A stretch of 64,000 nt of DNA from Candidatus Multivoraceae bacterium (GTDB taxonomy: Bacteria; Acidobacteriota; Thermoanaerobaculia; Multivoradales; Multivoraceae), in contig OZ244782.1 of the NCBI GenBank assembly GCA_965219625.1, positions 484,712 through 548,711 on the forward strand, read 5' to 3'. Shown in pieces: positions 58,321 through 64,000 of the stretch. A program made the translations under genes and the position numbers. The notes below the pieces were generated by a model. The model saw only the letters and a program-made list of their open reading frames with translations, did no database searches and was not told the origin of the DNA. Positions within the stretch are counted from its first letter, which is position 1. The number at the start of each line of letters is the position of its first letter.

Positions 58321-60134
58321 CCAGGCACGAAGCCGAAGAACCGAAAGGACTCGCTGTTCGCCGGCGCCTCTCTCCTGAAGACCACCTCGCCGGCCCGCAG
58401 GAGGCGCACATCGAAGCCCGTTTCATTGTCCGAATTGTCCCGCCAACGGACATCCAAGCTGTTCGGCGGGAACGTCACCGAAACGTCCGAAGGCGCCGCA
58501 ATCGGATCGCCAGGCAACCAGATTCCAGCCCAGTCGCTCCACAGCGACCGAGCCGAGCCGACCAACGAACGCACCCGGAAGTGGTAGATGCCAGGAAGGT
58601 CTCCTCCCCCGAAAGACCACTCCGCCTCCGTCCGCCCCTCAGCGCGCCGGATGTCCTGCCACCCCGTCAGCCTGTTCACGCGCTCCACCTCGTAGCCGTC
58701 CCCGTCCGCGGCGCTGTCTTCCCAGCTCAAGCGAGCCGACGAACCGTCCCGTTGCAACCGAACTCCGGTCGGCTGAGCCGGGATGTCCGCCGGCGGCAAG
58801 TAATCGCTGTACCGCACGCCGACGTGGACCGTCTCCCGCAGCAAACGCTCGTTGTCCCGCTCGCCTTCGATCCCCAACACCGCCCCGTACAAACGAAGCC
58901 GCGGCGTCGAGTAGAACGGCTCGGTCTGGCCGCTCAGGCTCATCGCCGTACCCAAGGCCGGCATCGCGTCGTAATCCACATGGCCATATGCATACGGCCA
59001 CCGGCTCGGCGCCCGCCAACCTGGCGGTTGGTGGCCAGCGCCCAGACCGTGGCCCACCTCGTGGACGAACGTCGCAGCGTAGTCACCGCCGCACGCCGAC
59101 GGGTGGTTCGACGTATAGCCGCGGGCATAGGGAGAGAAGCTCTCCGCCGTAAAGAAGGGGCGCAACCATCCGTGTAAACCGCAGCCCGCCACCCCCGGCA
59201 GCGACCCACTCTCCCCTGTAAACAGGTGCACCAGGTCCGCCCGATGCTCGTGACGTAACCGCTGGAGCTCCCCGTCCCAGACGATCAGGTCGATCAGGCC
59301 GATTCCCGCGTCCAACTCCGGCCTGCTCAGATCCCGCCCCGCACGGTCCAGCGTCGACGAAGCCTCGACGACGTGCACGATGCGGGGCGTCACCTCAAGG
59401 CCGTTGTTCCGGAACACGAGCGATAAGTAATCGGCCGCGTGCTGGATCGCAATCTCCGCTCCGCCGATGGGCGCCCAGTACTTCGCAGCCTCCTTCGTGT
59501 ACGCGACGAGGATGTCCAGGTAATCGTGATCGCGGTGGCTCTGATGGCTCGCCGTCCCGCGCGGCGCATCCGCGCCGCGGCCAGCCGCATTCGCACGGCT
59601 CTCCGCCCCGACGCCCGCCGCGGCCTCCTCCTCTTGCTCCACACCGCACCACGGCTCCCCTTGACCCGGCCCGGCCCCGCCCAAGGGCGACATCCCGCCA
59701 AGGCCGTCCGAAGCCGAATGGATCCGATACGCACCGCCCCCAGGAGCCCCGAAACGCCCGATCAGCCGCCCTTCGTGAATCGTCAGGACGACCGTGTCGT
59801 ACCCGGCCTCGCGGTTCCCCCCGAACCAGACCCCATCCCCGTTTCCCCGGTCCTCGAAGGCGGAACGTTCGGCGTAGATCACATCACCGTCCGGCGTCGG
59901 CGCCTCGAGAACCAGGGGAGCGCTACGAAGAAGATCCAAGTCCGCCTGAATCGCAGTCACCGGCGCCGGACCCATCGATCCCCCGCCCTCCACGGACGAC
60001 GCTTCCGCCACGGAAGGCAAGAGCGTCAGCAAACGCTGAGCCTCCACCGGCAACGCCGCCAGCCAGACGAACACCACGGCGAACGGCAGAGCCGCGAGCC
60101 GGCGAACAGCGGGCAGGGGGCGCGGATTGGACAT
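56244..60134 (-). CDS. secreted reprolysin-like zinc metalloprotease with Fn3 repeats, a PKD domain and twinned C-terminal domains of unknown family (paralog A)
   Basis: Signal peptide (MSNPRPLPAVRRLAALPFAVVFVWLAALPVEAQ; ATG at 60134 preferred over the GTG at 60158). HEVGHGLGAGHQ with the Met-turn AMSLSG. Fn3 repeats. PKD (WDFGDGTTS…GFYEVVLTFSDG). Two C-terminal ~115-aa repeats (CLRDSRFEV…SFFDPENWEVLIKVLDGCSVNGRVW…; CLRNRRYSV…YFFGPENWEVLVKVLDGCAVNGHHW…). The stop overlaps the giant-gene start by 29 nt. Confidence 0.8.
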   Translation of the reverse strand: MSNPRPLPAVRRLAALPFAVVFVWLAALPVEAQRLLTLLPSVAEASSVEGGGSMGPAPVTAIQADLDLLRSAPLVLEAPTPDGDVIYAERSAFEDRGNGDGVWFGGNREAGYDTVVLTIHEGRLIGRFGAPGGGAYRIHSASDGLGGMSPLGGAGPGQGEPWCGVEQEEEAAAGVGAESRANAAGRGADAPRGTASHQSHRDHDYLDILVAYTKEAAKYWAPIGGAEIAIQHAADYLSLVFRNNGLEVTPRIVHVVEASSTLDRAGRDLSRPELDAGIGLIDLIVWDGELQRLRHEHRADLVHLFTGESGSLPGVAGCGLHGWLRPFFTAESFSPYARGYTSNHPSACGGDYAATFVHEVGHGLGAGHQPPGWRAPSRWPYAYGHVDYDAMPALGTAMSLSGQTEPFYSTPRLRLYGAVLGIEGERDNERLLRETVHVGVRYSDYLPPADIPAQPTGVRLQRDGSSARLSWEDSAADGDGYEVERVNRLTGWQDIRRAEGRTEAEWSFGGGDLPGIYHFRVRSLVGSARSLWSDWAGIWLPGDPIAAPSDVSVTFPPNSLDVRWRDNSDNETGFDVRLLRAGEVVFRREAPANSESFRFFGFVPGRDANAEYGVQVVAWNKWGESESSDVVTLPSGDEDAALGVAGFAVTAAGPTTARVSWAPDAEAESHSVFASLEGWGDSVQVAEGRGRVDFENLARGGRYVFTAVAHRPGKSSSASYGRLTLGSRGFGPEAPSGVTEERLGDTVRLRWRDNSDDETGFEVQVSNGAEIWRRALVVSADVETAVVPAGKMFRVFAFNDRGYSRSSWRPPPPKIVGLSASALSVAVDLTWEVESPITAGRQEVRWKPARELPFDVAEDRWKTVPNESGSYRATGLDPGREYAFQVRAWTGRGAGPPATVRARTVAIPAPSFDFGAPCAGAELCRTVTGEPVTFVDTSDASATERTWDFGDGTTSRLESPVHSWSSPGFYEVVLTFSDGSDSSSASRTVFVEAASPAGTCAADGETRCLRDSRFEVTAEWWSLDGDSGRAAVVPVGTNDSGLLSFFDPENWEVLIKVLDGCSVNGRVWVLGASTTDLGYRIRVTDTATGAFRAYENEPGSPAPAIVDVNAFPRACDGSEAGAASAAAAASLSDGSGWSAAAEAPVSVVAEEAVGPCVPTETRLCLRNRRYSVWVDYWSETGERIGARVASVGTDESGIVYFFGPENWEVLVKVLDGCAVNGHHWVLAASATDLRLSLGVLDLETYESKRYRREAGKPSAAVVDVTAFSEVCEARSGEVGAPAGGLGVVEEDGSDER

Positions 60135-60301
60135 TTCGACTGAAAACCACCTTAGCACCCCTGCACGCCTTTCCCCACAGGAGCTGCGAGAAACCGCCGA
60201 CAGCCATGCCTGTCAAGCTCGTGGCGACGGCGCTGCCCGTTACGGAAGCGCTCGCAAACCTCCCGGCCCGCCACCAGGGGCACCAGCCAGTTGCCGGCGT
60301 T

Positions 60302-60577
60302 CTATTCCCTCTCCCACGTGGTCGTTCCCGTGTTCGACGCGACGACCGTCACCGTCGCCGACCCGCCGGGAGCGATGAAGTCCGGAAGAACGGGTTCCGT
60401 CACGATCGCCGCATTGTCTGCGCCGCGGACGGCCGTCGACATGAAGCCGAGCGCCAGACAAGCCGCCGCGACCGCCACAAGCCGAGTCCCACCGTGGTGC
60501 TGCATCGTTCTGCTCCCGCTCATCATCCGCCTCCTCGCGTCTGATTCACTACCGCTCATCCGAACCGTCCTCTTCAA
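60302..60577 (-). pseudogene. truncated remnant of the giant gene's 5' end (signal peptide + partial FW domain, 91 aa) created by the segmental duplication
   Basis: The first 46 codons are identical to the giant gene start (MKRTVRMSGSES…LALGFM). It then diverges (…ASNTGTTTWERE*) and stops. It overlaps the upstream paralog B stop by 29 nt, like the parental arrangement. Confidence 0.6.
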
Positions 60578-62587
60578 CTACGCCCAGCCCGCCAGCCGGC
60601 GCACCGACTTCGCCCGACCGCGCCTCGCACACCTCCGAAAACGCGGTCACGTCGACCACCGCGGCAGACGGTTTGCCGGCCTCCCGTCTGTATCTCTTGG
60701 ACTCATACGTCTCCAGGTCCAAGACACCGAGAGAGAGCCGCAGGTCCGTCGCCGAGGCCGCGAGCACCCAATGGTGACCGTTCACCGCACAGCCGTCCAG
60801 CACCTTGACGAGCACCTCCCAATTCTCCGGGCCGAAGAAGTAGACGATGCCCGACTCGTCCGTGCCTACAGAGGCTACCCTCGCGCCTATACGCTCCCCC
60901 GTCTCTGACCAGTAGTCCACCCAGACCGAGTAACGACGATTCCGGAGACACAGCCTCGTTTCCGTCGGCACGCACGGGCCGACCGCCTCCTCCGCCACAA
61001 CAGAAACCGGCGCCTCGGCCGCCGCCGACCAGCCGCTCCCATCCGACAACGAAGCAGCAGCGGCGGCAGACGCCGCCCCAGCCTCCGAGCCGTCGCAGGC
61101 CCTCGGAAACGCGTTCACGTCGACGATCGCCGGCGCCGGAGACCCCGGCTCGTTCTCGTACGCGCGGAACGCACCCGTCGCCGTGTCCGTTACCCGAATC
61201 CGGTACCCGAGGTCCGTCGTCGACGCCCCGAGCACCCACACCCGGCCGTTCACCGAACAACCGTCGAGCACCTTGATCAAGACTTCCCAGTTCTCAGGGC
61301 CGAAGAAAGACAGCAGGCCGGAATCGTTCGTACCCACGGGAACGACCGCCGCCCGCCCCGAATCCCCGTCCAGGCTCCACCACTCCGCCGTCACCTCGAA
61401 CCGGGAGTCCCGAAGGCAACGCGTCTCCCCGTCCGCAGCGCACGTCCCCGCCGGAGACGCCGCCTCGACGAACACCGTCCGCGAAGCGGATGACGAACCC
61501 GAACCGTCGCTCACCGTCAAGACGACCTCGTAGAAACCCGGCGTAGACCACGAGTGGACCGGAGACCGCAAACGTGACGTCGTCCCGTCGCCGAAGTCCC
61601 ACGTCCACTCCCTCGCCGAGGAATCGCTCTCGTCGACGAATGTCACCGGCTCGCCCGTCACCGTGCGGCAGAGCTCGGAACCCGCGCACGGCGCCCCGAA
61701 GTCGAACGACGCCGCGGGAATCGAGGCTGTCCGCGCACGGACCGTCACCGGCGGGCCGGCGCCCCGCAACGTCCACGCCCGCACCTGGAACGCGTACTCC
61801 CTACCCGGGTCGAGCCCCGTCGCCCGATAGCTCCCGGATTTGTTCGGCACCGTCTTCCAGCGGTCCTCCGCAACGTCGAACGGAAGCTCCCGCGCCGGCT
61901 TCCAACGAACCTCCTGCCGGCCTGCCGTAATCAGCGATTCCACTTCCCATGTCAGATCGACCGCCACGCTCAAGGCCGACGCCGAAAGACCAACGATCTT
62001 CGGCGGCGGAGGACGCCAGGAACTCCGAGAGTAGCCGCGATCGTTGAACGCGAAGACGCGGAACATCTTCCCCGCAGGCACGACGGCCGTCTCCACGTCC
62101 GCGGACACGACCAGCGCCCTCCTCCAGATTTCGGCGCCATTGCTGACCTGGACTTCAAAGCCCGTCTCGTCGTCCGAGTTGTCGCGCCAGCGAAGCCGCA
62201 CTGTGTCCCCGAGCCGCTCTACCGTAACGCCCGACGGCGCCTCAGGCCCGAAACCCCGCGAACCCAGCGTCAGCCGGCTGTATGAGGCTAAACTACTGCT
62301 GCCGGAGCGGTGGGCGGAAATCGAAAACACATAGCGGCCTCCGCGCGCCAGGTTCTCGAAGTCCACCCGACCGCGACCCTCGCCAACCCGAACCGAATCG
62401 GAGGACCACCCGTCCAAACTCGGCCGAACCCAGTGATAGTCGGCCTCTGCGTCAGGCACCCAGGAAACCCGCGCCGTCGTCGGACCGACGGCCGTCACCG
62501 TCAAGCTCGCGACGCCGGGCAAGACCTCCGCATCGCCCGTAGGCAACGTCACGACATCGCTGCTCTTGGATTCGCCCCACTTGTTCC
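60440..62587. repeat. segmental duplication, copy B
   Basis: See copy A. Copy B continues for ~48 bp after the IS insertion (63929-63976), then diverges from copy A. Confidence 0.85.
60549..62587 (-). pseudogene. reprolysin-like metalloprotease paralog B, 3' portion; interrupted by an ISL3 insertion
   Basis: C-terminal 430 aa are 100% identical to paralog A. The PKD and Fn3 regions are progressively divergent. The reading frame runs into the IS at 62588. Homologous sequence resumes after the IS at 63929 and continues past the window end. Confidence 0.75.
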
Positions 62588-63927
62588 GGGTCTTCAGGCT
62601 GTTGTGTGGGGAGCGCGCCACGCGGTTAGTCGCCGGTGACCCATAGACTGGCGGGATGAAGAGTGCGAGGACGTTCGAGAGGCTGTTGGGGATCAAGCCG
62701 CCTTGGCGGGTGCGGGAGGTGGTGCTCCGTATGGACGAGCCGCATCCGCGACGTCGCGGCGCGGTGGTTGGCGGCACGGTGGAGATTCACGTCGAGCATC
62801 GTGGGGAGACCCGCTGCCCCGAGTGCGGCGAGCGGTGTCCGGGCTACGACAGCAGACACCGCAGGTGGCGGCATTTGGACACGATGCAGCACCAGACGCG
62901 TGTCCACGCGGAGGTGCCTCGGGTGCGCTGCGTCGAGCATGGCGTACTCCAGTTGAAGGTGCCTTGGGCGGACGAGGGTTCTCGTTTCACGGCGCTGTTC
63001 GAGGCAGAGGCCATCGGCTGGCTTCGTGACGCGAGCGTTCAGGCGGTGGCGCGACGCATGGGTCTGAGCTGGGATCAGGCGGCGGGGATTCAGCGCCGGG
63101 CAGTGGATCGCGGCCTTTCGCGGCGCCGGTTGCGGCCGCCGCGGCTGCTGGGCGTGGACGAGACGGCGTTTCGGAGGCGACACGAGTACGTGACGGTGGT
63201 CAACGACCTGGAGCGAGGCGTGGTGGCCCATGTGGCCGACGGTCGCGGCCGGTCGGCCATCGACGGCTACTTCGAGGGTCTGGGCGAGACGACCTGCGCG
63301 GGCATCGAGCAGGTGGCGATGGACATGTGGCCGGCGTACATCTCTTCGGTGAAGGCGTACACGAACGCGGTGATCGTGCACGACCGGTTCCACATCGTCG
63401 CGCACCTGAACCACGCCGTGGACCTGGTTCGGCGCGCCGAGCAGCGGGAGTTGCTTGAGGCAGGCGATCCGCGTCTGAAGCGAAGCCGCTACCTGTGGTT
63501 GATGGGGAAGGGCCGCATGAACCGCTCGCAGCGGCGACGTTTCGCTGCTCTTCGCACGAGTCACCTTCGCGTGGCTCGGGCCTGGGCGATCAAGGAGATG
63601 GCGCGGGACTCGTGGGGCTATGCGAGCCGCGGTTGGGCAGAGCGGCGCTGGAAGCGCTGGTACGGCTGGGCGGTCCGCAGCCGTTTGGCGCCGATCAAGC
63701 AAGTGGCCAAGATGATCAGGGATCACTGGGAGGCCGTCATCAACGCCGCCGTGTCCAGCATCTCCAGCGCCAGCGCCGAGGGCATCAACGCGAGGATCCA
63801 GGAGATCAAGCGAAGAGCGCACGGCTAGCGAAACCGAGAGCACTTCCGCCTCGCCATCTACTTCCATCTCGGCGGACTCGATTTGACTCCCGATTCACTG
63901 CAAGCCCACACACAACCCTGAAGCGCC
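62588..63927 (+). mobile_element. ISL3-family insertion sequence (1,340 bp) with imperfect ~24-bp terminal inverted repeats and an 8-bp target-site duplication CTTGTTCC
   Basis: IRL is GGGTCTTCAGGCTGTTGTGTGGGG (62588-62611). The reverse complement of IRR is GGCGCTTCAGGGTTGTGTGTGGGC (63904-63927). Direct repeats CTTGTTCC sit at 62580-62587 and 63928-63935. Flanking sequence is contiguous with paralog A's homologous site. Confidence 0.85.
62656..63828 (+). CDS. ISL3-family transposase
   Basis: 390 aa. N-terminal zinc-finger (CPECGERCPGYDSRHRRWRHLD) and the LGVDETAFRRRH…DMWPAY…HDRFHIVAHLNHAVD core, which are typical of ISL3 transposases. Confidence 0.9.
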   Translation: MKSARTFERLLGIKPPWRVREVVLRMDEPHPRRRGAVVGGTVEIHVEHRGETRCPECGERCPGYDSRHRRWRHLDTMQHQTRVHAEVPRVRCVEHGVLQLKVPWADEGSRFTALFEAEAIGWLRDASVQAVARRMGLSWDQAAGIQRRAVDRGLSRRRLRPPRLLGVDETAFRRRHEYVTVVNDLERGVVAHVADGRGRSAIDGYFEGLGETTCAGIEQVAMDMWPAYISSVKAYTNAVIVHDRFHIVAHLNHAVDLVRRAEQRELLEAGDPRLKRSRYLWLMGKGRMNRSQRRRFAALRTSHLRVARAWAIKEMARDSWGYASRGWAERRWKRWYGWAVRSRLAPIKQVAKMIRDHWEAVINAAVSSISSASAEGINARIQEIKRRAHG

Positions 63928-64000
63928 CTTGTTCCACGCGACCACCTGCACGCCGTACTCCGCGTTCGCGTCACGCTCGCGCGCGGAGACGTCTAACCGA

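Noticed and set aside
1-64000. rRNA or tRNA genes
   Set aside because: No intergenic stretch is long enough for an rRNA gene. The few gaps over 100 bp (3233-3376, 3844-3996, 21029-21336, 46500-46662, 60159-60301) show no tRNA-like cloverleaf signatures (GTTC…, TψC arm) on inspection.

Overview
This is a high-GC window of roughly 70% GC. The gene content suggests an Acidobacteria- or Gemmatimonadota-like genome, because a TIGR03436-type 'Acidobacterial' VWA protein is present; phylum assignment is tentative.

Bases 1-46,500 form a dense housekeeping region that runs almost entirely on the minus strand from 6.4 kb onward. Many neighbouring genes overlap by ATGA, GTGA or TTGA, which indicates translational coupling. 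Recognisable genes include a MoxR ATPase with its VWA partner, cobB, hsp20, an S1-domain protein, skp, nth, several peptidases and amidohydrolases, pdxA, two adjacent acyl-CoA dehydrogenases, glnA, the phoH-pgpH-ybeY/era cluster with ybeY and era fused into one ORF, hbd, tsaE, nnr, thiD, lgt, guaA, gpsA, plsY, cinA and a thymidine phosphorylase. Many ORF-track entries in this region carry long spurious N-terminal extensions, since stop codons are rare at this GC content. I refined starts using motifs, signal peptides and stop/start overlaps.

Bases 46,600-64,000 form an accessory cell-surface locus. It holds a giant gene (about 3,200 aa once one copy of a 19-bp tandem duplication is removed) that encodes a secreted repeat protein. 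The protein alternates dystroglycan-type cadherin-like (He_PIG/CADG) domains with four-tryptophan (FW, NBR1-like) domains and ends in a CBM4/9-like tail. In the sequence as given, the 19-bp tandem duplication frameshifts this gene, and the gene also contains near-identical 1,263-bp internal tandem repeats. Immediately upstream, and overlapping its start by 29 nt, lies a gene for a secreted reprolysin-like (HExxHxxGxxH[DQ]) zinc metalloprotease with Fn3 and PKD domains and a twinned C-terminal ~115-aa domain of unknown family. This protease gene, together with the 5' end of the giant gene, has been tandemly duplicated with an offset of 4,305 bp. The two copies are 100% identical over the 3' half and diverge toward the 5' end. 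The second copy is interrupted by an ISL3-family insertion sequence with an 8-bp target-site duplication. A third, more distant paralog of the protease sits at 6.5-10.1 kb.

No rRNA, tRNA or CRISPR arrays were seen.
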